A stretch of DNA of 64,000 bases from Bacteroidales bacterium (GCA_028709785.1 JAQUTK010000001.1:147845-211844), one strand, 5' to 3'. Positions 44,112 to 52,900 are shown, numbered from the stretch's first letter. Notes: generated by a model not told the origin, from the sequence alone. A program made the numbers and translations.

Positions 44112-44727
44112 GGATTGCTTTTACTTCTTGATTGGAACAAAGGAATGCTGCAAGGTAAGCAGGGTCATCTTCAAGGATTACTTGTGCTGCCCGGTTGCTT
44201 AAACTGGGCTTCACGAGAAAGCCGCATTTGGCAGATGAAAGAAGGTCAACCTGTTCTAAGATCTTAAAGACGACCTGTTTGACTTTTTTACCGGTAAGTT
44301 CGGTTATCTTTTCGATTTCGGGGTGTTGGAAGCTTTTAGAATCAACGAATCGTTTATAGTCACTGTCTAAGAGCATCCTATCAAAGATCAAATACTTGTT
44401 GAGCAATATCTCTACAATAAATTCATAGATAAAAGGATAAGTTTTGACGATGGAGAGTAAAATCATCCACTTTGTCTCCTCATAGCTGCCTTCAACCATT
44501 AATTGAAGTTGGTCGGGTGTGAGTAAAGCAATCCTTTTCCTGATCTCGGAAAATTCTCTTTTGAAAGTGACTTGTTTGACTTTGTTCAAGTGGTTGTTAT
44601 CAAACAAATCAGCCTGTACTGATTTCCAGTCTTTTAGATTGTAATAGGCTTCAGCTATCGTCCGTGTCTCAGTAATCAACGCGGATGCTCCGGTAAAGGA
44701 AAAGGAATATTTAGTTGTGTTTACCAC
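44086..44727 (-). CDS. brxA: BREX protein BrxA (DUF1819 family)
   Basis: 213 aa with a GTG start. First gene of the operon, overlapping brxB by 26 nt. The N-terminal YSFSFTGASALITETRTIAEAY resembles BrxA. Confidence 0.7.
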   Translation of the reverse strand: MVNTTKYSFSFTGASALITETRTIAEAYYNLKDWKSVQADLFDNNHLNKVKQVTFKREFSEIRKRIALLTPDQLQLMVEGSYEETKWMILLSIVKTYPFIYEFIVEILLNKYLIFDRMLLDSDYKRFVDSKSFQHPEIEKITELTGKKVKQVVFKILEQVDLLSSAKCGFLVKPSLSNRAAQVILEDDPAYLAAFLCSNQEVKAILEKSKDVN

Positions 44728-44801
44728 GTGTTATTTGATCGTTTAAAGAATGACAATAGATTCAAGTAATTAGTTTTTCATCTTTTATATGGAATGAATT
44801 G

Positions 44802-44809
44802 CAAAGTTA
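44802..44809 (-). promoter_or_regulatory. candidate BREX operon -7 promoter box (TAACTTTG on the minus strand)
   Basis: The + strand CAAAGTTA is TAACTTTG on the minus strand, 75 nt upstream of the brxA start. Confidence 0.4.
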
Positions 44810-45193
44810 GAAAAAAATGTGAATAAATGGAACTAGAGAACTTGCTTAAAAGGCTATTTTATTTTCATTGTATTTTACTTTTTCGTGAAACCCTGAGGCG
44901 ATTGATGTAAAAACTGTATCAAAAAGGGGCAATAGCAATTTTTTTTGTAAGCAATATATGAGCGAGCAAGTAAAATCATAACAGACCAAAGTGCCCTACA
45001 GTATACTGAGGGTCATGGCTTGGTGGAGTTAGTGCATTAAAATCAAGGTATCCCGCCATTCTGAAAGTAAAAAATAAAAAAAAAATTACCACGGAAAATC
45101 AATCTAAAATAGCTGATCCTTAACTATTTGACCTAATAAACCCCTGTTTTTTTACGATTACAGCCCCATTTCATTATAAGCGACCCTCATCCC

Positions 45194-45216
45194 GTCATTG
45201 CGGGCTTGACCCGCAA
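45194..45216 (+). repeat. 23-nt hairpin repeat GTCATTGCGGGCTTGACCCGCAA, copy 2
   Basis: Identical to 29731-29753 in the same orientation. The flanks are partly similar (CCCGT.. upstream, ..TCCCCTCTT / TCTCCTCTT downstream). Confidence 0.8.
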
Positions 45217-45363
45217 TCTCCTCTTATAAAAACCATGAGCTATAATCGTTTATCACTATGTCGTTTGTTGCCTAAGAACCAACCCGAAACAAAAGTTCAA
45301 AGATCAGGGAAGCAAATTAATCCAAACCAGAAGATAAAGTCAAGCAATAAGGACGCAAAAGTT

Positions 45364-45435
45364 ATATCAAGCCCTGATACAATCGTATCAAAGCCTGATA
45401 CAATTATTTCAGGCACTGATATGATTATTTCAGGC
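45364..45435 (+). promoter_or_regulatory. phased direct repeats upstream of the HU-like gene (candidate operator/iteron-like array)
   Basis: The CTGATA core recurs at 45374, 45395 and 45416, an exact 21-bp period. TATCAA(G/A)(C)CCTGATACAAT occurs twice (45364, 45386) and ATTATTTCAGGC occurs twice (45403, 45424). Confidence 0.5.
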
Positions 45436-45506
45436 TTTGAAATAGGAAATATGTCCGGAAATGAGTATCTTTACATCCTAACAAAGAAAACATTTATTCC
45501 TACAAG

Positions 45507-46139
45507 ATGGCAAAATATATCAAACAAGAAATGCCCGACTTTCAAGGCACAGGTGAAACCAAGTGCTTTTATCGGCTACAGACCAGTGGTACTCTTAGTC
45601 CCAAAGAGCTAATAACCCGTATTGCTCAACCCGGTTCGGGATTGAGTGAAGGTACAGTGGCACATGTGCTTCAATCACTGAAAGATGAAATGGCAAAAGC
45701 AATGGCAGACGGCTATAGTGTTTCGGTCGATGGTCTCGGTATATTCAAGGCATCAATAAGTGTCCGTGAAGACAAGGAGATGGATACCATCAACGGCGAT
45801 GAACCAAAACATAATGCCACCAGTTTGCAAGTGACCGGTATCAATTATAGAGCAAACAAAGCATTGATCAGTAAAACTGATTCACATTGCCGTTTGGTAC
45901 GTGGTGGAGTGCGCGAACTTTGCCGTTCGTCTTATACGAAAGAAGAGCGACTACAGTTGGCACTCGATTTTCTGAATGATCCTGCTCATCCGTTCATGCG
46001 ATTGGATGATTATGTGGCACTGACAGGATTGTCTAAACCGGCGGCTTCCAGAGAACTTATTGAGTTTAGAGCGAATACGGAGACTGGCATTACTACGATA
46101 GGTCGAGCTACAAGTAAAGTGTATACAAAAAGAGGGTAA
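45507..46139 (+). CDS. Bacteroidales HU-like DNA-binding protein with C-terminal extension (HU-HIG type)
   Basis: 210 aa. MAKYIKQEM...TKCFYRLQTSGTLSPKELITRIAQPGSGLSEGTVAHVLQSLKDEMAKAMADGYSVSVDGLGIFKASI matches the histone-like HU fold family common near mobile or accessory DNA in Bacteroides. A possible winged-helix tail follows. Confidence 0.65.
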   Translation: MAKYIKQEMPDFQGTGETKCFYRLQTSGTLSPKELITRIAQPGSGLSEGTVAHVLQSLKDEMAKAMADGYSVSVDGLGIFKASISVREDKEMDTINGDEPKHNATSLQVTGINYRANKALISKTDSHCRLVRGGVRELCRSSYTKEERLQLALDFLNDPAHPFMRLDDYVALTGLSKPAASRELIEFRANTETGITTIGRATSKVYTKRG

Positions 46140-46149
46140 AAGGTAAAGG

Positions 46150-46554
46150 GGCAATACTTGATAATTATTAATTAGAGTTATGCGGCAATAGCGGCAAACT
46201 TGATAAGTTCTTTGGCTTACATTGTAGTATCGGTTGAGAAATAGAGTTTTCTTAGAGAAAAAGGCATCAGCGACAATGTATTGAATAACAGGATGAATAT
46301 TCTCTTTGATTCCATCGAGTGCAAACAGATACCCGTCCTTCAAAGTCCCTGGCAAAGACCTGCCGTAAACGTTGCTCAATGGAGTCCGAATACCGGCCCA
46401 TTTGAAGAATATTTATTTTTCTTGGTATAACCCTATATAGTAACAGTGACTCTATGATGAATGATTTGAAACTTTTGTTTAATTTCGCTGTGAACTCATC
46501 TACGACATTGTTGCAGACACTTCTATGTTGGTTAAGTATACTTGATCTTCTCAT
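46150..46554 (-). pseudogene. possible frameshifted and truncated DDE-transposase (IS) remnant
   Basis: Two overlapping minus-strand frames lack a full-length ORF. One reads ...GRSLPGTLKDGYLFALDGIKENIHPVIQYIVADAFFSKK, where the VADAFFSKK-type motif resembles IS4/IS701-like transposases as I recall them. No inverted repeats were identified. Confidence 0.3.
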
Positions 46555-46713
46555 AGTAATTTATCGTCTCGATAACCATGAAGTTGATGAAATTCAGTTA
46601 ATTAACCAGTTTTTTATATTAAACTGTCTTCTCTGAATCATTGATTAATAATAACTTAACTGAATATTTACCGAACTGTAGGATAACAAAGCAAAAAGAT
46701 ACAAATAACCGGA

Positions 46714-47580
46714 ATGATGGAAAAACTAAAAATAAGCCAATATAAAACGACATTCGACTCCATTGCCCATTACATCGAGAACGAACATAAAGAACAGGTC
46801 GAAATTTGGTTTGCAAGAGAATTGCAGACAATCTTAGGCTATGCACGTTGGGAAAACTTTGTTGTAGCCATAAACCGTGCTGTCGAATCGTGCAAAACGC
46901 AGGGTGTCAATGTGGATGATCATTTTCGTGAGGTCACGAAAATGATCGAGATAGGGAAAGGTGGTAAGCGTGAAGTAGAAGATTACATGCTTACTCGTTT
47001 TGCTTGCTACTTGATAGCTCAAAATGGCGACCCTAAAAAAGAAGAAATTGCCTTTGCTCAGAGCTATTTTGCCATTCAAACCCGAAAAATTGAACTTATT
47101 GAAGAACGTATAAACCTGAAATCCCGAATGGAAACCCGCGATAAGTTGCGGGCTGCCGAAAAACAACTCTCACAAAATATTTACGAAAGAGGCGTTGACG
47201 ATAGAGGTTTTGGACGTATCCGTTCGAAAGGCGACACCGCTTTGTTTGGCGGATACACCACCGAGTATATGAAACACCGACTCGGCGTTAAATCTACCCG
47301 TCCGCTTGCCGACTTTTTGCCAACGCTTACCATAGCCGCAAAGAACTTGGCAACCGAAATGACCAACTACAATGTGAACGAAAAAGACTTGCAGGGCGAG
47401 TCGTCCATAACCACCGAGCATGTACAAAACAATATAACCGTGCGCGAAATGTTAGGCAAACGAGGTATAAAACCCGAAGAATTGCCACCTGCTGAAGATA
47501 TTAAAAAGATGGAACGCCGTGTAGCAACCGACGAAAAGAAATTAGAACAATCAACCAAGAAGCTCCCAAAAAATGAATAA
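46714..47580 (+). CDS. dinD: DNA damage-inducible protein D homolog
   Basis: 288 aa. It is colinear with E. coli DinD as I recall it (W.AREL...LGY..W.NF...I.RA..SC...G....DHF.E...M..IG.G.KR...D..L.R.ACYL.AQNGDP.K..IA.AQ.YFAIQTR). It is commonly embedded in Bacteroides type I R-M loci. Confidence 0.75.
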   Translation: MMEKLKISQYKTTFDSIAHYIENEHKEQVEIWFARELQTILGYARWENFVVAINRAVESCKTQGVNVDDHFREVTKMIEIGKGGKREVEDYMLTRFACYLIAQNGDPKKEEIAFAQSYFAIQTRKIELIEERINLKSRMETRDKLRAAEKQLSQNIYERGVDDRGFGRIRSKGDTALFGGYTTEYMKHRLGVKSTRPLADFLPTLTIAAKNLATEMTNYNVNEKDLQGESSITTEHVQNNITVREMLGKRGIKPEELPPAEDIKKMERRVATDEKKLEQSTKKLPKNE

Positions 47581-47701
47581 AATAGAAGAACTCATTAAAC
47601 AGCTTTGTCCAGACGGGGTGGAATGTAAGGAAATGGGAGAGGTAGCCCATTCTAATTTAAAATACTTTTATCGGACAGCAATACTTCTAATCCTAATTTG
47701 A
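47573..47701 (+). pseudogene. hsdS: type I restriction-modification specificity subunit (hsdS) N-terminal stub, 42 codons
   Basis: The ATG overlaps the dinD stop. MNKIEELIKQLCPDGVECKEMGEVA is the conserved HsdS N-terminus. Similarity ends at about 47650, and the frame stops at TGA 47699-47701, directly abutting the helicase ATG. Confidence 0.6.
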
Positions 47702-49792
47702 ATGAATATTGAAAATCTGAATCCCAGTCAACGGAAAGCTGTTGAATATAATGGAAAACATTTACTTGTGCTTGCAGGAGCAGGTACTGGAAAAACTCAT
47801 ACTATTATAAGTCGTGCAGCTTATCTGATTGCAAATGGAGTCCAAGGTAAAAGGATTCAAATACTATCATTTACACGAAAATCAGCAAGTGAAATTGTAG
47901 AGCGTGTAAACTCGATGTTTCGTGAAAGTAAAGATGCAAAGCAGTTGAATGGGTCTACTTTTCACGCATGGTGTATGAATATAATAAAAACTAATCCAAA
48001 GGTTTTTAAGGTAAGTGATTACACTGTCATTGACAGAGATGACCAATTAGGGGTATTTAAACTTATATGTGGCAGAAATCCAAAGGTTATTGATGAAACA
48101 AGATTAAACGCAAAGACACTATTGGATTTATACTCTTTTGCAAGAAATACTCGCAAGAATATTACAGAAACAGTTAGATTTAAATGCTTGAACAATTCAA
48201 AAGATGGTAAAGCAGATAAGGAAATCGAGAAAATAAAGCCTTATCTGGTTTCTGTCTTTTCAACCTATGAATCAAAAAAAAGAGAAAGGAAATACCTTGA
48301 TTATGATGATATTTTAAATGTGGTTGCAATTGGATTAAAAAACAATAAGGAAGCTAGGGATTATATTACATCTCAATATGACCATATATTAGTAGATGAA
48401 ATGCAGGACACCAACCCTCTGCAGTGGGAACTTCTAAGCTCCTTTCAGGAAAAGTGTTGCTTATTTTGTGTAGGTGACGATGCTCAATCGATATATGCAT
48501 TTAGAGGTGCTGATTTTACAAACGTTCATAAATTTAACGAAAGGGTTCCTGATTCAGAAATATATCGTTTGGAAGACAATTATCGTTCAACTCAAGAGAT
48601 ACTAGATTTATCAAATTGGCTTCTAAAACAATCCCCATTATGTTACAATAAGAAACTTAATGCAACAAGAGGATCAGGTGAATTGCCTGTTATAATGAAT
48701 TTTGAAAATGAATGGAGAGAAGCAGATTGGGTAGCTTGCGATATATTAGATAATTTCACAAAGGATGGATTAGAATATAATAATCATCTTGTTTTAGTTA
48801 GGTCTGTCTATGCTGGTAGGTCAATTGAACGTTCTTTATTAGAGAAAAAGATTCCTTATGTTGTATTTGGTGGTGTAGGACTTATGGCATCTGCCCACAT
48901 TAGGGATGTTGCATCTGCACTGAGAATTATAGCAAACATTTATGATGAGATTGCTTGGATGAGATATTTACAATTGTGGGAAAAAATTGGAGATGTAACA
49001 GCCTCAAATTTAATAACAGAGCTTTTAGAATTATCTGACATTGATGAATGTCTCGTATTATTGAAAAAGAAAAATTTAAAAGACCAAGGTTTAGTAGATA
49101 CGTTATCTGCAATAAAAGGACTTAATAATAAACCCTCAGATGCCATACGCATAGCATTAGCCATTATGGAATCTCGGTTAGCTATTAATTATAAAGGCGA
49201 ATGGGAAAAGAAGAGAAAACCAGATTTTCAAGTACTAATGCAGCTAGCAGAAAAGCATGGTTCGATTAGCGAGTTTATTGCCGAATATGTATTAGATCCA
49301 CAATTGAATGAGGCTAGTGCTTTCGGTTCAGACTCAAAAGAGGCAGTTACAATTTCTACTATTCATTCGGCAAAAGGGCTGGAAGCTAAGGTGTGTTATG
49401 TCATAAACGTTTCCGTTGGCGCATATCCAAGCACAAGGTCGATAGATGAAGGAGAAGATGCAGTCGAAGAAGAACGTCGTGTGCTTTATGTAGCACTAAC
49501 TAGAGCAAAAGATGAATTGTACGTGACTAGAATTATTACTAAAATTCAGGATTATAGTCAATCAAGAATTCAACAAATAAATTCAGAATGTGAAGGTGTT
49601 TATTCATCTCAAATTATAGAACAACAAGATGATACAGATTCAGAAAAAAAATCAACTGTATATTTCTTAGATGAATTACCATCTGAATTAGTCATTGATA
49701 AAATATCTGAACAAACTAGATTTGAGATTTCAACAAAAACATATACTGGAAAACCTATTGCAGAAAATGATTTTGGAATGGACTTAAGCTAA
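47702..49792 (+). CDS. UvrD/Rep/PcrA-family superfamily-1 helicase, low-GC cassette
   Basis: 696 aa with intact SF1 motifs: Q-region LNPSQRKAV, I AGAGTGKT, II VDEMQDTNPLQ, III VGDDAQSIYAFRGA, IV EDNYRSTQEIL, V TIHSAKGLE, VI YVALTRAKDELYV. A ~95-aa acidic C-terminal tail of unknown function follows. GC is 21/60 in sample 48001-48060. Confidence 0.8.
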   Translation: MNIENLNPSQRKAVEYNGKHLLVLAGAGTGKTHTIISRAAYLIANGVQGKRIQILSFTRKSASEIVERVNSMFRESKDAKQLNGSTFHAWCMNIIKTNPKVFKVSDYTVIDRDDQLGVFKLICGRNPKVIDETRLNAKTLLDLYSFARNTRKNITETVRFKCLNNSKDGKADKEIEKIKPYLVSVFSTYESKKRERKYLDYDDILNVVAIGLKNNKEARDYITSQYDHILVDEMQDTNPLQWELLSSFQEKCCLFCVGDDAQSIYAFRGADFTNVHKFNERVPDSEIYRLEDNYRSTQEILDLSNWLLKQSPLCYNKKLNATRGSGELPVIMNFENEWREADWVACDILDNFTKDGLEYNNHLVLVRSVYAGRSIERSLLEKKIPYVVFGGVGLMASAHIRDVASALRIIANIYDEIAWMRYLQLWEKIGDVTASNLITELLELSDIDECLVLLKKKNLKDQGLVDTLSAIKGLNNKPSDAIRIALAIMESRLAINYKGEWEKKRKPDFQVLMQLAEKHGSISEFIAEYVLDPQLNEASAFGSDSKEAVTISTIHSAKGLEAKVCYVINVSVGAYPSTRSIDEGEDAVEEERRVLYVALTRAKDELYVTRIITKIQDYSQSRIQQINSECEGVYSSQIIEQQDDTDSEKKSTVYFLDELPSELVIDKISEQTRFEISTKTYTGKPIAENDFGMDLS

Positions 49793-49904
49793 AGTGTAAA
49801 TTCTAATTGGTATGTCAAAAGAGGGTAACCTCTCTTTTCATCCCACATTACATCTGTTCCCGCTCATTTATCCCAAAATAACCCGTACATCTCCGCATTT
49901 TATT

Positions 49905-49912
49905 TATTTTTG
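49905..49912 (+). promoter_or_regulatory. -7 promoter box TATTTTTG upstream of tamB
   Basis: TAnnTTTG match 45 nt upstream of ATG 49957. Confidence 0.4.
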
Positions 49913-49956
49913 TAGGTACAACCAAAGGCTGAGTAGAGATGGCGTGGACTTTGACG

Positions 49957-52900
49957 ATGAAGAAGATATATAAAGGAGTGGGGATACTCATTCTGCTGCC
50001 GGTAACTTTGTTGCTGTTGGCAGGGATACTTCTTTATATACCTTTCGTGCAGCAAAAAGCGGTCACACTTCTTACTGATTATGTTACAACTACCACCGGG
50101 ATGAAACTCTCCGTCGAACAGGTGCGTCTCGCTTTTCCCATCCGACTGACTGCTAAAAATGCTTCCCTGATTGATCCTGCCACGCTGCCCGGTGATACCA
50201 TCGCGGCTTTTGATAAGTTTGCGGCAAATGTGGAACTGTTTCCACTGTTTAGAGGAAAAGTTCAGGTAGGTATTGTTAGTCTGCAAAAAGCTAGGGTGCA
50301 TACCGGTACGTTGATTGATGGGATTAAAGTGGATGGCGCGATGGATCTTCTGCAACTTTCCATAGACGAGGCTGATCTGAAGAGTCAGGTGGTAACGCTG
50401 GATCGTGTGCGTCTGAACCACTCGGCGATCAGCGTGATGGTACGGCAGGATACCGTTCAAAAGAAAGATACCACGCAGGTGCGTTGGAAAGTAAACCTAC
50501 GCAACTTGAAAGTGAACGATGTGGCTTTGAATCTTGCGATGCCCGATGATAGTATGCGTCTGCAACTTCTTGCCGGTGACTTCGAACTGAAAAACGGATG
50601 TGCCGATCTGTTTGATAAAAGCTATCAGGTGGAATCCATAAAAGGCAAGGTAGCGACATTTTCTTATGATCAGGACTCTGTGCCGCAAGCCGCTCAAGGG
50701 ATCGATCTTTCGCATCTTCGGTTGACAGAGATTCAATTGAAGGTGGACTCGATCCTTTATGATGCGGAAAAGATGCGCGCTAAGGTCTCCTCGTTTTCCT
50801 TTAAAGAGCAATGCGGCTTCGAACTCTCGTCGCTGAAAACCCGCTTTATGCTTAGCTCCAAACTGTTACAGGTCGATGAACTGTCGTTGCATACTCCTTA
50901 CTCCTCTCTTGCATTGGATGGCTCGGTACCTCTGGAACTGTTTGTTCGTAAACTCAACGATTCTGTCACTCTCAACTTGGACGTCACACTTCGCAGGGAA
51001 GATTTCTTTTGCCTGCTGGGAAGGAAAGATAGTATGCTCACACATAGTTTTCCGAAAGATCCGTGCGACATGCGGTTTTCATTGTCCGGAACAGGGGAGA
51101 AGATCACACTGGACGAAATGACGGTTTCGCTGCCCGGAGCTTTTCACCTGGTTGCATCTGCTACGATGACCCATCCTTCTGATTCGCTCCGCCGCAGGGC
51201 AGATCTGGACTGGGATATAAGGAGTGGTGATCTGTCGTTTGTGAAAGTGCTGTTGGATAATGGTAAAAAGAGCCGTTACCGTTTGCCCAACGACCTCCGT
51301 TTGGATGGAATGGCGTCTGTGAAAGGTGCTGCTTTTGAGACGGATCTTCGGTTTAGCGAAGGGAAGGGGGATGTGTTGCTGACGGCTTCCGGCAATTTTT
51401 CGCAGCAGAGTGGCAAAGCGAAACTGACCATGATTGATTTTCCTTTGCAGGATTTCTTCCCCTATGATTCGGTGGGCAGGGTGACTACTGATGTAAGCAT
51501 GGAGATGCTGGGCACCGATCCGTATAACAGGAAAACAACATGGATGCTGGAAGCTTATCTGAATGCTTTCCGCTTTGAAGGGAAAGATTATTCCGGAATT
51601 ACCGTGCGAGGCAACTATGCGGCAAATAAGGGTACGCTTCAGGTGGAAAGTTCGCTGAAGCCTTTGAATCTGACTGCGCAGCTGGCGGGTACGCTTACCC
51701 GTAAAAAGGCTACAGCTCAACTGGCTTTGCAGGTGCGCAACCTTGACCTGCACTATTTTGAATGGGCAACACCACAAACCACCGCTTCCTTTCATCTGAA
51801 TCTGAACGGAACTTCTGACTTGAAGAAAAGTCACGTGTTGGGCGTGGAACTGAGCAAGGGGCGCTTCGTGACCGACGGCAAGAGGGATACGTTGAAGACG
51901 ATCCGTCTGAATGGTGCCTCTAATGAGCAACTCACGGATCTCTCTGTGGAGGCCGGTGACCTGCACTTGAAAGCATCGGCTAATAAAGATCCGCAAGCGC
52001 TGATGCTCCTGTTCGCCAAACTGACCAACGAGGTGACTCGTCAGGTTAAACAGCGGACACTTCATCTCGAGATGCTGAAAAAAGTGCTTCCCGAAGCTCA
52101 TCTTACTTTTCAGGCGGGCAGCGATAATCCGCTGAATAATTTCCTGAAGAGAGAGAAGATCTCTTTCTCCTCACTGAATACCAAACTGGACCTTTCTCCT
52201 GAAAAAGGGCTTTCGGGAAGCGGTGCTTTGCTCGGTCTGCAAATAGATACCATCTCGGTGGATTCTGTGCGGTTGACTCTGAGTCAGGATTCTTTACTGA
52301 ATCTCTCCTTGGGTGCGAATAAGAGATATGGTGATCCCCGTTTCCGTTTTTCAGGCCGTGTGAATGCCGCGTTGGGCGATCGCTCGATGAGTCTGGGGAT
52401 GCTCTATATGAACGGACAAGGGGAGAAGGGGATGCAATGGCAGCTTCATGCGACCAAACTTGATTCTTTGCTGGATATTCGCCTGGACAATAATCCGATT
52501 ATAGCCTTTACCCGATATACGTTGAACAAGGATCAGATGATGCGTGTCAATCTGTTTGATAAGAAGATTCGTGCGAATGTGACGATGAACGGTGACAATG
52601 GTTCGGAAGCCTCTTTCCATTCATTGAATGATACCTTGCTGCACGACAAGCTACAGTTGTATGTCCACAGTCTGCCACTGTCGCCCATCACCGGACTTTC
52701 CCCGCTTCTGCCAAGTATGGGCGGACTGATTGATGCGGATGTCTTTTATGCTGTTTCGGACAGCAGCTTCTCTGTGAATGCTGAAGCGGGTGTCCGATCG
52801 TTTGTGTATGAGAAACATCGGGTTGGAAATATCAGGAGTACGGTGGCGTATCTGCCGGGTGCAAACCAGTCGCACAGTCTCACGGCTGCTTTGCAACTGG

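Noticed and set aside
44999-45008. The 10-bp palindrome CAGTATACTG in the BREX leader, considered as an operator.
   Set aside because: It is a single short palindrome with imperfect flanks and no cognate regulator gene (BrxR-like) nearby. It is mentioned under the BREX finding but is not strong enough alone.
45069-45090. An A-rich tract (GTAAAAAATAAAAAAAAAATTACC) upstream of the second hairpin repeat.
   Set aside because: It is simple low-complexity intergenic sequence and I could not tie it to any feature.
45364-45435. The phased repeats considered as a mini-CRISPR array.
   Set aside because: Only 3-4 degenerate units with a 21-bp period and no unique spacers of CRISPR size. No cas genes are present in the window.
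45235-45612. A 125-aa + strand ORF upstream of and overlapping the HU-like gene.
   Set aside because: It has low-complexity, Lys/Ser/Pro-rich sequence, spans the 21-bp repeat array (which gives the repeated SPDTIVSKPDTIISGTDMIISG), and overlaps the well-supported HU-like start in another frame. It is more likely regulatory DNA.
51079-52101. A 340-aa minus-strand ORF, with similar ones at 49900-50460 and 53281-53904, lying inside tamB.
   Set aside because: These ORFs are fully antisense to a strongly supported 1.5-kaa gene. Their sequences are Arg/His/Gln-rich with no recognisable motifs, which is typical of spurious antisense ORFs in a GC-richer gene.
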